DNA of 64,000 nucleotides from the NCBI GenBank assembly GCA_030295235.1, contig AP026151.1, positions 186,001-250,000 of the forward strand, in the 5' to 3' direction. The position numbers and the translations under genes were made by a program. Each line of letters begins with the position of its first letter. The stretch's first letter is position 1. Below are positions 24,243 to 38,035 of this stretch, piece by piece. This stretch comes from Fistulifera solaris. Lineage: Eukaryota. Under the pieces are notes generated by a model, which was not told where the DNA came from, made no database searches, and saw only the letters and a program-made list of their open reading frames with translations.

Positions 24243-27200
24243 TTAATCATCCATTGTGATGTCGGTTTCCTCCAACGCTGGAGCCCCCTTGTTCGCTGCT
24301 AAAGCTTCGCACTGGAGTTGCGCTGCTGTTACTTCTTCGACAAGGTCGGCATCATCGCATTCTTCTTCTAGTTTGTTGATGATCTTTTCCATGGCTTTCT
24401 CGTACAGGTGGCGGATTTTGGTTTCGGCTCGGAAGTAGGCCGCTCGGTTCTGCAGATCCGACTTGAGTTGTTGGTTTTGCGCTTGCCATTTCTTCAGGTT
24501 CTCTGCCATCTTGGTGTTGTGCGATGCCAAGTTGAGCTTTTGCTTCTCCATGGAATCCAAGGAGGCACCAGCTGACGCATTGGCTTCGATGAGACGTGAG
24601 TTCTGATCTTTCATTTCTTTCATCTCTTCTTTCATCTCCTCGGTTCGGTCACGAAGCTTCTTATTCTCCTTCTTGAGGTACGAAATGATCTTGTCTCCTT
24701 CTTCGGCCTTCTTTTGTTGGCTTCAATCTCATCGACTCCAACTTCGGCACCTTGAGCAAGGAGGGCATCCAATCCCTTTTGGAGTTCGGCCTTTTCGCTC
24801 TCGAGTTCTTGCACTTCTTCCTCGGCATCTTGGATCTTAGACTCGTTTTCCTCCTTGGCCTCTTTGAGATGCTTTTCGAGCTTCTTGATCTTCTTCTCAA
24901 GTTTCTTTAGCGCAGCCTGAGCCTCTTCTTCTTCGCGTTGGCGGGCTTCCTCAATCTCTCGTTCACGCTTCTTACGAGCCATTTCTTCGAGGCGCTCGCG
25001 TTCTTTTCGTTCCTCTTCGCGTCGTCGAGCTTCTTCCTCGGCCTTTCTCTTGGCCTCTTCGGCGCGGCGCTTGCGGAGCTCAGCTTCGGCTTTTTCCATG
25101 GCAGCCTTCTTCTTGCGAGCTTCCTCCTCGCGTTTCTTACGCTCTTCCTCTTCTTTCTCTCGAATGCGATCACCCTTCGACTTTCGGACAATGTATCCAC
25201 GAGCAACACGCTGAATGTGAATCGCGGGGGCATCCAATCCATTCTCAAGGCGGTTGGCCTCTAAGAATTCCAAAGCACCGGCGCGGAAGTAAGTACGAGT
25301 GCGTCCGACCACAAACGCTTTCACCACCTTTCCATTCACGGTCTCTTCTTTCGACTTCAAAGCACAAGTCATGATGAAGCTTCAATATCGGCGCGTGCGC
25401 CTTGATCGGGAGTCATGTCGGAGTTTCGCTTTGACGGGAAGGCCTTGTTATCCCACATGTTGGAATATCGGAACCGGGTGACCGCATTGTCGAGACGGTT
25501 GGGGAACGCGGAGCGTGAAAGAGTCACGGCCGCCACGACACCCGCGCAACGCAGCTGTTCCACCGTGGCCAAATGATCCATCAAAACCGGCTTCTTGACC
25601 ATGTTGGGCTTGATGCAGCGAATGTAGCGCGAGTTGGTCTTGCGCAAGTTGGCCATGAGAGACTGGAGTTGGTTCTTGTATTTGCCCCAAGCGGTCTCTC
25701 CGACCAAGTTACTTTTTTGGCGCTTGACACCACCTTTGCCTCCCACCGTGGTAGCCACCACGTCGATCTTCTCCGAGATGATCGAGTTGGTCGAAGATTT
25801 GCACAATTCTTCCAAGTCGGTCGGCAGAGTGTCCGTGTTGCTGTTCACAAACTGGTCGGCGTCGTACAACACCTTTCCGGCGTAGTGGTGAATACCGAAC
25901 GACATGCGGTTCAACTTGTTGACGATCAAGCACGGAGACTTTTCGTTGATTTTCAAGGCCTTCTGCACAAAGTCTTGGTCGTTACCCCCGGGACGGACGC
26001 ATTCTTCGTTCAACATGGCCAGTAGACCGGTGCGGCCTTCAATCAGGTCGAGCACGTCGGTGTTGTCGTCGTACATGATCTCGGCCAACTCAATGCCCTC
26101 CGACTCGTATTCTTCCTGCACGGAGCGGAAAATGTCTTCGGTGAATTTTTGTTGCAACTTCTCGTTCGCGTAGTTGATGCAAAGCTGCTCAAAGCGATTG
26201 ACGGGGAACGACTCGAAACCGAAAATATCCAAAAGACCAATGATACCAAAGTTTGCCATGGAACCACCCTTGTAGTTGTCTTCGGCGGCCGTGGCGGCGT
26301 TGATCTGTCGGACGAGCCACAAAAAGACATTGCCGTACATTTCCTTGGCCAACGCATCGGCGGCATCTTTCGAGGCAATCGGATTGAGCGGCACCTTGTA
26401 GGTTTCGTTCTTGGTCTTCATGGTACGCTCCGTAAAGGCCTTGGAGCAGGTCGTCGCGTCAATACCAATCAATCCCGCCAAGTCGTCGAGTTCCGATTTC
26501 GAGACGACTTCGGCCTTGTCCTTGTCACCCCCGAGCGCAGCAAAGGTAAGGTTCCCGCACAACATGACGGCAATGATCGCGCGCATCATTTCTTTGAGCG
26601 TATCGCCTTTCACGTTGACCAATCCCAACGTCTTGACGGTGTGTTCAAAGTGTTGCGCATCCGTCATGCCTTCAATCTTATCAATGCACGGCTTGCCAAT
26701 GTATTTGAAGGAATCGGCCGTCATGTTGGACAATTTGCTCCAGAACTGTCCCTTTTCACTGCTGGACGCCGCCAATAGCTGATAGAAGATGTGGTAGGTA
26801 CGTTCTTCGGGATCGTGTCCGACAATGCGGGGTTTCTCCAACAGATAGACATCGCACTTGGAACCGGCGAGTTTGCATTTGGATTCGGTCTTGTTGCCGA
26901 GGGCCATGAGTTTGGCTTCGCTCGTGTCGAATTGGAGTTGCAAGTATTTTCCGAAACGCGACGAGTTGTCGTTGCGGCGGGTCTTGGCATTTCCAAAGGC
27001 TTCCAGGAGGGGGATTCGATTCGACGACCCGCGCGACGACGGGGTCGAGTTCTTGTCCCGATCGGGCGGACGGTCCGGCTTGCACACTGGCCATGTGATT
27101 CATGGCAATCTTGACCGTTTCGGTTTTCCCGGCACCGGATTCTCCCGACACCAAGATGGATTGATCGTCACCCCCAAACGCGAGGCCTTTATAGGCCAAC

Positions 27201-27848
27201 GCCGACACTTCGTAGACGTGCGGTTCGAGTCCTTCGCGGGGATCTTTCTTGTTGTCGGCCCACACAATCTTTTGCGAATAGTAGACGCGCTTTTCTTCCG
27301 TGTACAAATGATTGAACCACTGGAAGGGATTGACGGCAATAATGATATCTCCCGTGCGGGTGTAAGGATGACCGTCTTTGTGACGTTCTTTCAAGTTGTA
27401 CAAGATTCCGGCCTATAGAATGGGAGGAAAGGTGAGACGTCGCGTGTTACACCCCTCAAAGAGAGAAACTATCGAGACGTACCTCATGTAAATACGAGAG
27501 CGAAATCATATCCGAATAAAGACACAAATTGCCATTGCCGTCGACATTCTGCAAGGGCAACACTTTGTGGGGATATTCTTTCAAGTTGACGACGACCGAA
27601 GTCGTTCCTTTGGAAGATCTTCCACCATCGGAAACAATCGATTGCTGATCTTTGTATTCAAAGACTTTGACCGTAGCCTTGTCTCCCTCTAAAGAAAGAA
27701 AAGAAACGTGAGAAACAAGGGCGAACGAGTCATCATGAGCGTACGCTTCTCTCACTCAGCCGTTCGTACCTTGCTTTTCCAAAACACCAGGAACCCAAGC
27801 ATATTCTGGATGTTTGATATAAACGAGCGATTCTTTCTTTTCCGCCAT
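24243..27848 (-). CDS. Myosin heavy chain A: motor, 1 IQ, long E/K/R-rich SAH-like segment, coiled-coil tail; 2 introns, ~3 frameshifts
   Basis: GESGAGKT, NDNSSRFGK, LLDIFGFE, FEQLCINYANEKLQ, YIRCIKPN, IQRVARGY. Confidence 0.95.
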
Positions 27849-29625
27849 GTTTGTTGATAATAGGCACTCGTGATGAGAAATGAAAGATGAGAGTGTCTTT
27901 TGAGAGAAGAATGAAATAATAATGCTGCTTGTGTTTTTCGTCGCTTGGTAGGATTTGTTTTGTGCCAGGTCGAAAGACCAAGATTGCCTCCCAAGATTGA
28001 ACTCATTGGGCTATACTCGTCCGAAAAGTCCCATCGAGCGATCTTGCTCTCAGAATTAACGTGTGCCCCAAAGATCGGGTCATTGTGACTCTTTTGCTGA
28101 AATCCTTATCCTTGGTGATGATACAGCGGATGTGGACATCCCAAAAAAAGGCGACAAAGATAGTTTTCTTGTCCCAACGAAAGCAATCGTCACTCGCCTT
28201 TCAACACGACAAGTCGTCAAGAAAGGTATCAAAGCTATGAGCAAACAAGGAAGATACTTTATAGAGAGATTTGAGTGTCGTCATTTAGCCCAGGAAGCAA
28301 GCCGAAAAAGTCATTTATTTCTTTTAGCATCTGCAACAACATCACAGCATTCATGCTCCATGCCAAGCGTATTATAAAGATTTACCGTCGATCATAGTGA
28401 ATTTTGACTACTCCGTACTATTGATTTGAATCTGTGACAGCATTCGGCACATCGGCGATCGAAATTATGCTCGATTCATTTCAGATCGTTTATGAAGGTC
28501 TAGATAGTAGGACGTTCGACAGCAGTCATCCTTTCAATCGAATCATCGAAGATCAGTCGTTGAATCGCGTCATAACACTTAAAGCATCTGGCACTCTTCC
28601 GATTTATGACACGACCCACGGCTTATATGCAGAGAGAATATCTTCCTCCTCATGTTCGACGTGCTCGACGGGCTGTCGTTTTTACACCAACTGTATCATC
28701 AATCGGTCACGACAACAGATAGAATCAAAACGTTGCAGGGTGTAATTCAAATGATACAAAGGGAAACTTGCCATAATGTCAGAACTTGCGACTCGTTTTT
28801 GGATGCCTCGACTTGTCTCATCCGCGCAGTTACAAATAATAATGATTCCGGCATCAATTACTCCTCCAATTCAACAAATAGCGGTGTATCAAGATTCCTC
28901 GTGAACGGAAGACACGGTCATTCTCAACTGATGTATGCACTTGCGCGATTGTTTGAGTGGCTGCGCTTCGCACTTCTCTTGGACGTCGGTCGTCTTGTGA
29001 GCGTCAGGTCGAAATCATGAACGCCCGGCCGAGCAAAACTGATCGATCGAAGATCCCTGCCAAGATTGCTCCTCGTCGATCACGACCATTCTGTTCTGAT
29101 CCGATGTGCGATATGTTGCTTCGTCTTTTATTTCATGAATAAGTTGAAAAGATACAATCATTTGTCGGAGGCGGAGAGGAATGCAACATCTTGTGTCCAA
29201 CGACAAGAAGAGCGTCTGTCAAAAGATACCTTGTGCGTTGTGTCGCATCCAAGACAGCCAGTCATAGTAATACTGTACGTCATAAGGCAGGTCTTGCGAA
29301 GGGCTTTAGTATCCTTTAAGATGTAGGAGAATGACCCTCTCTAATATCGACTATAGTGTACATCTCGTTCTTTGCGTCACAAGTTTAGGCGCGCCGCGCA
29401 CCGACTTCACGTGAAAACTGTAGCGATCGGATTTTGTATGACACAGAAAGAGGGAGTCATTTCCGTCCTCACGCCATGCCAAAATGGGTCATTCTCATAG
29501 CAAAAGATCTGCAAACAAAACATCGACAACAACAAGTCGGTGAATGGCATTGTGAAACAGCATCATCCAACAATTGTTGTTCCGATTCACTTCAAAACGG
29601 AATAAATTAACCAACGATCGCTAAA

Positions 29626-32600
29626 ATGGGAGGAAAAGACGAGAACGCAACGTCCCATGTCTTTGTAATTGACCCGCAATACGGTTGGAGACCGGCCATT
29701 CAGGAGGGAGCGTAAGTTATCTGCAGGCTTTTGTTGGCTGAAAAGCTCGGGTATTCCCCATGTGACCTCTGTTTTCACTGCAACACTCACAAAACGCTTG
29801 CTTGTCTTGCAGACCCAAAATGGCAAGGCACTCGTCTCCATTCCGGAATACAAGAGCGAAGACTCGATGGATTGCGACGGTGGCCGCGCGGCCAAGAAAG
29901 GAGAACAAATCTACATTAGCATGAAAGACTATCCCTTCGGAGTGCTTCCTTTGGCGAATGTTGATGTGAACGGAAATCTGGTGGAGTTTGCGGACATGGT
30001 CAAACTTCCTTATCTTCATGAGGTTCGTAGAAGTGTGCTTCGTCTGCCTTCGTCTGCCTTCGTTCCTTTTTCTTCTTTGTACTGACCGGCTTTATTGATC
30101 GACAGGCGGCTATTCTTTACAATCTCAAACGACGTCATCGTGAAGGCAAACCGTACACTCGTACCGGTGACATTATCATTGCGGTCAACCCCTTCCAGTG
30201 GCTCACCCATCTCTACACGGAAAAGAAACGTTCGTACTACTCGAACCGTCTTGTTTGGGAGCAAACGGACAAGGACCCTCGGGATGGCATGGAACCACAC
30301 GTCTACGAGGTATCGGCACTCGCCTACAAGGGATTGGCCTTCGGCAACGTCGATCAGTCCATCCTGGTTTCGGGTGAGTCCGGAGCTGGAAAGACCGAGA
30401 CGGTCAAGATTGCCATGAACCACATGGCCTCGGTACAACAAGGACCCAAATCGGAAGCCGATGCGGATGTCACCCAACTCGACCCGGTCGTCGATCGTGT
30501 CGTGCAGTCCAACCCTCTTTTGGAAGCATTCGGAAACGCCAAGACGCTTCGTAACGACAACTCCTCGCGTTTCGGTAAATACTTGCAGTTGCAGTTCGAC
30601 AACAGCTCGGCCGGAGCAGTCCCTTCCTACACCCGATCGACTTGCAAGTTGGTCGGCAGCAAATGCGAAGTCTACCTTTTGGAAAAGAATCGCGTGACAC
30701 AGCACACGGAGATGGAGCGTACCTACCACGTCTTTTACCAGTTGTTGGCGGCGCCCGACAAGCAAAAGTACTGGCCGAAACTCGCGGGCAAGCGAAATGA
30801 AGACTTCAAATATGTCGGCAAGTCGAGCACTACGAAGATTGAGGACATGACCGATGAAGAACACTATCATCACACGGTCAAGGTGCTCCGCATGGTGGGA
30901 GTGGACGACAACATGCTCAAGGAACTCTTTGTTGCCATTGCCATTGTCTTGCAGTGCGGTAACCTCGTGTTCGGTGCCAAGGGAGGCGATCGTGACAAGT
31001 CCGAAGTCACCACGCGTACGGAAATCAAGGATCTCGCTGAATTGCTTGGCGTGGATGATGCGGTTTGCGAATTGGCGTTCACGGAACGTACCATGAAGAC
31101 TCGCAGTGAAACGTACAAGGTGCCCTTGAAAACGGACGCTGCCAAAGAAGCTGCTGATTCCTTTGCCAAGGAAGTGTATGGCAAGATCTTCTTGTGGGTT
31201 GTGGACCAAGTCAACTCGGCCACCAATGCCGAAACAAACTATCAAGGTGGCGGACGTGACGATTTCGGAATTATTGGTCTTCTTGATATTTTCGGTTTCG
31301 AATCCTTCAAGGTGAACCGCTTCGAACAGCTTTGCATCAACTACGCGAACGAGAAGTTGCAGCAGAAGTTCACCGAAGATGTATTCCGCGCTGTTCAAGA
31401 AGAGTACGAATCTGAGGGTATTGAGCTAGCTGAAATCACTTACGATGACAACACCGATGTGCTTGATCTCATTGAAGGTCGCGGAGGTCTTCTGGCCATG
31501 CTTAACGAGGAATGCGTTCGTCCCGGTGGTAACGACCAGGACTTTGTTCAAAAGGCTTTGATGGCAAACAAGACTTCGCCCTGCCTAATCGTCAACAAAA
31601 CCGATCGCATGTCTTTCGGTGTTCACCACTACGCCGGAAAAGTCATGTACGACGCTGACAAGTTCGTTTCGAGCAACCAGGATACGCTTCCTACGGATTT
31701 GGAGGAGCTTGGCAAGGCCTCAACGAACAGCATTGTTTCTAAAACGGAGGCGGCCGACACATCGGGCAAACCGAAGCGCCAAAAGTCGAATATCGTTGGT
31801 CAAACTATTTGGGGCAAGTACAAGACTCAGTTGGCGTCCCTCATGACCAACTTGCGCACCACAAGCTCTCGCTACATTCGATGCATCAAACCCAACATGC
31901 GCAAGGTTCCCGTTGCGATGGAGCACGTCCCAACCATCGAGCAGTTACGATGTGCTGGTGTTGTCGCTGCCGTTACCCTGGCCCGTTCCGCGTTCCCCAA
32001 CCGTTTGGACAATCAAGCTGTGAAATTCCGTTACAACTCCATGTGGGACAAGAATGCCTACCCATCGAAACAAACCAACAGTATGACGAAGGAGCAGCAG
32101 GCGAAATGCATTGCTGAAGCTATCTTGACGTGCGCTTTGAAAGAAAAGGAAACAAAGAACAAAGAAGGAAAGATTGTTCGACAATTCGTCGTTGGTCACA
32201 CAAAGAGTTACTTCCGCGCCGGTGCCTTGGAGTATCTGGAATCCAATCGCTCGACGGGTCTGGATGCGCAAGCCACTACGATTCAAAAGTACATGCGTGG
32301 TGCCGTGACACGTATGAGACTCCGGGACATGGTGGAAGGCGCCGCCAAGCGAGAACGTGAAGCGCGCTTAGCCAAGGAAAAAGCCGAACGCGAGGCTCAC
32401 GAGAAAGCGGAACGCGAGGCGCGCGAGGCTCGGGAGAAGTTTGAACGAGAAAAAGCCGAACGCGAGAAGGCCCGTGCGGAAGCCAATCAGAAGTATCTAG
32501 ATCAAATTGCAAAACTTGAAAACGATCTGAAATTTGGAAGAAAGCGAGGGTAAACGACGACTGAAGAATGCGGCCGACAGAAAGGCGGAGATACAAGAAC

Positions 32601-33144
32601 AGATTGCATCGTTGAAAGAACAGACAAGCGAAGACGCGAAACGAAAAATATTGGAACCGAAAAAATTGTCGCTCAACAAAAGAAGAAGGTAGCAGAACAA
32701 GCTAAAATGATTGATTTCCTAAAGAAGGAGAACAAGAAGATTCGCAAGGAACACGACAAGGTCCAGCAGAAGTACGATGTCGTGGCCGAAAACAACGATA
32801 AGTTGTTGAAGGCTAGTGATATTGCCGGTGATGACTTTGACAAGAAGGAAGAGCAGATGAGCAAGGTCGATAGCAAGAACAAAACGCTCTCGGATACTTT
32901 GAATGAGGCCAAGTCGTTGAACGCCCAACTGAAGGACGAGTGCATGGCGAAACAAGATGCGTACATGTCTCAAGCGGAAACGCGTCTCGAGTACCAGAAA
33001 ACCATGGCCCGCATCTTGAATATGATCCAAGACTCCAGTGTCGAGGCACAGCTGATCGAGGAGACCGTGTGTTGGGCTCTGGAGGCCGAGTCGGAATCCA
33101 AAACGATCATGGCAGCACTTGAAGCTGAAACAGCCATGATGTAG
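29626..33144 (+). CDS. Myosin heavy chain B, head-to-head with A; 2 introns, tail frameshifts
   Basis: Same motor motifs; IQKYMRG; tail YMSQAETRLEYQKTMARILNMIQD. Confidence 0.95.
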
Positions 33145-33632
33145 AACTTTTGTGTCGTACTTTAGTGGTTTAAAAACGAAATACTAAAATAATTAAGAAT
33201 AATTGAGTCGATCTGCTTTCACTCTCCGTAACTAGACAAGTGCTGGTTTTGTTGTTGCCTTGTCTAGCTGGTTCATCCGTTACATCGACGTACGAAAATC
33301 GTTCACGACTCAGGATCACTCATGACTTCCTAACGTTCAAGTTTCGATATTACATGGCCTATGTCTTACCGCATTCATACTTTAAGGTTACCTGTCAAGT
33401 GTCTTACAGAATATCGTATACACCACTCTTTACTCTACTCGAAAACGTACTCAGATCTAGCGGGAAAAGATCGCGCCACTTTGCGCTCATTCATCTCGCG
33501 ACACCACCGGCGGCACCGCGCACCGCATGCCATGCAAACTCACTCTTTCGCAAAGCTGGACCCGTCGAACAAACAAACAAAACTCAAACACAACAGTTAC
33601 AGAGAAAAAGATTACTGGTTCAGCAGAAAATC

Positions 33633-36600
33633 ATGTCGTATTACGGAGGAAACGGAGGAGGAAATTCGGGCTATGGTCCGCCTCGTGGCGGTAAGTGGCG
33701 CATCGCGATGAGCGGCGGCTGTCAACAAAAATGTCTGTATTCACGCTTGTATATTTTCGAAAAGGCGGACACGCAGGATATTACGGAAATCATCAAGGGC
33801 GTCATGGTGGTTACGGCCCGGGTGGTAAGTCATTGCGCGCGAGATTCGAACTTCGAGCGTACAAGTGAAGAAAAGAATATCTCATTTTTACTTCCGAAGG
33901 AGGTGATCACTACGCCCCAGGCCGAGGAAGAGGTGGTGGAAGAGACGGAGGCAAGAGACCGGGTGGTAAGTTGAACGTCATACCTTTCTCATCGTTCGTA
34001 AGAGTCAATCGCTCAACAAATAATTTTTTGCAATCTAGGAGGAGACGATTGGGGCGGCCACGGCGGGAAGAAACACCAAGGTACGTCGTCGTCGCGTACA
34101 ATCATGACATTGTTAATGAACAAATCATCCTATTACTGCTTTCGGAAATCACATCTATTGCGCTATTACTATAAATTTGTCACTCAATTTCTTTTTTCAT
34201 TGTAACAACAGGAGACACGGCAGCGCGCAAACGATTGGAGGATGACGGCTTGCAGGTTTTCACGAATCTTTTTCCGTTGGTATTCAAAGGCCGCGTGGAA
34301 TTGACAATTCAACAGTTCACCATCACGATCGAGAATGCACGCAGAAAGAAGGCCGACACGAATCGTCCAGTGGATGCGGGCAAGGCAGTACCGGCTTTAG
34401 AGCCGGCCCCACCTCGCCCCGAAGAGTCGGACCGCGAGATCAATAAAGCATCGTCGCCGTTGAGTCGACGTATCTTGCTGAAGTGCCAAGCTATTCTTAG
34501 AGACGAGTGGTTCTTTTTACACCGACGGGGCAAAAACGGCGTATTCGGTGGATGCTATACCGGAAAAGTACGACGTGTCGAAGTTCAAAGACGAAGACAG
34601 AGATGCGGCTGGCGTCGTTGTCGAAGTCAGCGATGGCTGCAACGATGACGACGATGACGCTCCACATGTGATTTCAAAAAAGTATATTGTCTGGTTTGAG
34701 CCGGTAGGCGAGCCCTTCCGCATTGTCATTACGGACGGAAAATGCGACCCGTCCTGCGTGGAGAACATGCCTCGGCTCAATAACTTCCTGCATCAGGTGT
34801 TAAACAACGCTTGCATGATGTCAAAACTCATCTCAACGGAGAAAAATCCGGAGCGGTATTACTTTCCGGTGCCTGCAAGTCGAAATTTGTTGGGTAGGCA
34901 TTTTCAAGAAAAGAATAAAAGTCACCCCCTGCTTGGACTGTCCCAATCCGTCAGCGTAGCAGTTGACGGTTCCATGCAGATCCAATCCGACTTTTCTCTA
35001 GGTTGGTTTGAGTCAGCGTTGGTAAAGAAACGACTTCTTGATCCGCAGTCTCGAACGTTGGCCGGGGTATTCGTAGACCTGGAACGTCCGATTACGGATT
35101 TGAAAAAGCAAGAAGAAATAAAGGCAGCGCTCAATATGCTCTTGCTTCACTCTCGTTATGAGCGCGGGCCACAGTGGGAAGCAGACGAAGAAAACTTTTG
35201 CGGGAAAAGTATCAAGGTAAAGCTGACCTCGATAAGTTCATTCAAAACCGAATATCGAAGATGCGGGTTGCGGTCCAGCTAAATCGTAGAATCATCAAGC
35301 CCAAGACCGGAGAAATTGTCTTTTTGTTCCCAATGATTACACCTTTTCGTTTAAAGGAGAAGAGCTGACGGTTGAAAGATACTTTAAAGCGAGATATGAC
35401 GTTACCCTGAGATACCCGAACATGCCTTTGATTCGCATCCGTCGTCAGGACTATATGCCAGCGGAATTTCTTTTTTATGGTAAGTATAATTACCATCGTG
35501 CTCAGCCTTACAACTGAAATCTAACCATTGAACACAGCCTTCGATCAGCAAAAGAATGCCAATAGTGACGATCAGAAACAGACTGCGTTGCAGTTATGCG
35601 ACGACTACTGTGGGCCGAAACGGGTGTCTCAAATTGAACGTATGAACAGGGAGCCGTCTTTTGAACCAGTACTTAATGAACTATTGAGCAAGCTTCAAAT
35701 TGGAAAGGAGTCGAAGTGCCTTCAAGCGAAAGCACGTGGTACGTGAAGCATGAAACCTTAATTTTTTTCGCTGTTGCCATTGAATTCTCACGCCTCGTGT
35801 AGTCTTAGAAGAGCCGAAAGTTGCCGCGGGTGACGGCATGAAAACAATTTCAAAAGGATCGTGGGACTGCAAACAAGTCAATGCATCTGGTGTCCTTCAT
35901 ACTCTCGCTGTTATTGACCTAACCGGCAAGCACACGAATGAAAGGAACGGCCACGATATCGCGTCACTTATGCAGACATGCGAGCGCCAAGGCATTCTTT
36001 GTCATTTATTTCGTCGGGATGAAATAGAGCAGGTAACCGTGACTTTGCCTCGAGATTTCCCACAGGGCACCCGAGTCGACCTCGGACTTGCTCGTGCGAT
36101 GGCTGCGGAAGTTAGGCGAAAAGCCTACCAATTCTTTTTGAGTGCTAACTACACTCGTCCTTTTAAAACCACTGTGCGCTTCTTGGGGGAACTCAAAGAA
36201 TGTGTTGCGCTTCCCTTTGACGGAGAACTTGTGTTTTATTTTGCGGACAACAGCACACACGAAATCGGAAATCCATACGAGCCGCACCTCCGTTACAATG
36301 CAAGACTTTGCTTATCAACTTCACTCGAAGAAGAAGGTTTAGCAGAACATTTGCTAGACCCATGTCGGCAATTCGACGAAGTAGAAGGGCACTTGCTCAG
36401 GGAATTAGGCTTTATCGAGTCTATGTTCTTGAGAATAGGACCCTCATCCCAGAAAGTCTAGCTGCTACTCCGTTCTTGTTACCAATAGAAGGGCTTAGTC
36501 TTCACTCTGTTGATGGAATAATAGACTGCCCTAGCGTGGTGCTTGTGCGCTTGCGCGATAAAGACACAATGCAGTATAGCATACTAAAGTATGCCCTTTA

Positions 36601-38035
36601 CGAAGCTGGTCTCCAGGTAAGAGCCATCTGATGAGGCACAATGCGTTCCTGCTTATTCTAACACAAGTGGTTCAGTCGCAATGTTTTGTTGACGGGGACA
36701 AATTCAGGGTTCTGTAAGTAGCCACGCCTGACTTTGCAATCCTTGTTGCTAGTGCCTTAACTTTAGTTCTTACTCGTCTTTGAAAAGTACACGAAACCTT
36801 GCCATCAAGATTAATGCGAAGCTTGCCAACTCGATTTATCGATCAAGCTCGTGGAAAGTACATGGCAAGGCACGTAATTGGTTGGAAACTAATGAAAGCT
36901 TAGTGATCGGGTATGCTTTCGCGAGCAGTAAGTGACTTTTCGCCTTAACTATGAACACCTTTTCGAACCAAGAAACTAACATTATCCTGTCGTTTAGGTC
37001 AAGGCGAAGACGGAACAATGGTTGTCGCGGCATCAAGCTGTGTCGACGAGGAAGGCCTATGTATGCGCCATGCCAATATTGTACTCCGCAAAAATCCTTA
37101 CCTTACGCCAGTTGCCGCGGATAAGCTGATTACGGTGAGTGTGGAGTGTTTTGTTTTGCTGATGTTGTTCACAGAGACGCTGATGATATTCTTGCAAGAC
37201 CCTTTACGACTTGTACGTAAAGGACAGAAAGAAACGCCCCAAGCATTTGATTGTGTATCGCTGTAACGGACAGGATTCTCAGCTAAAAGGTATGTTTCAC
37301 TACTCATTTTGTTGTGGTTTTGGTATATTTTTAAAGATCTCAATTTGCCATTTTATCGCAGAAATTGTCGAGAGAGAGCTCACTCACATTGAGGACATCT
37401 TTCGCAAAAAGAGTTTGAGCAGTAAATCTGACATGCCGACACTGGATCCGGTGTCCAATCCAAAAGTCACGTTTTTAGTCGCACAGACGCTGACCAAAGT
37501 CAAACTTGTCCCCGCTCCAGACCACAGGATCCCAACAGTTGGAAACAACGTCCCGTCGGGGACTTGTGTCACCGATACTCGTGTGATCAGCCAAATCATT
37601 GACGGAAGCGGTATCCAACGCTTGGAAGGTGCGGGAAACTGTGACTTCATTTTGGTTCCACAGCACGGTTTGAAAGGGACCTCCAAGCCAGTGTATTATC
37701 GAGTGCTCAAGCTTGGAATCGATAAGAGTGAGGATAGTATTAGGGATGTGACGTATTCGTTGAGCTTCCGTTACGCAACCGCAACAAAGGTTCCTCGATT
37801 GCCGGCTGTTCTCTTGTACAGTCAGCGCATTGCCGGAGTGATCCTGGCGTGCCTACCAGCGTTGCGCGACTTGCCCGGGCCCGAAGCCATGTTTGTAGAA
37901 GAAAGTGATCAGGGGTATTTCCGACGCCATCGACATGTTCCGGATGACCAAGAAAATCCAGAAGAGGCCCCCGACCACATGGTGTTCACTCACATGGAGG
38001 GCCCGATGCCCTTTCACCCACACTTGTTGGCATGA
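33633..38035 (+). CDS. AGO: Divergent Argonaute/PIWI-family protein, multi-exon, predicted slicer-inactive
   Basis: Gly/Arg-rich N-terminus; VFTNLF; PAZ end LRYPNMPLI..YMPAEF; MID YSILK..SQCF..NLAIKINAKL; PIWI NVPSGTCV, DFILVPQHGLKGTSKPVYYRVL, TYSLSFRY, LPAVLLY. Confidence 0.9.

Noticed and set aside
28000..29500. Possible gene between the head-to-head myosins
   Set aside because: Only short ORFs without recognisable motifs on either strand; no supportable exon chain.
8147..33144. Programmed ribosomal frameshifting or mass pseudogenisation
   Set aside because: No shared slippery motif, and conserved genes are hit at scattered sites; assembly error is more parsimonious.
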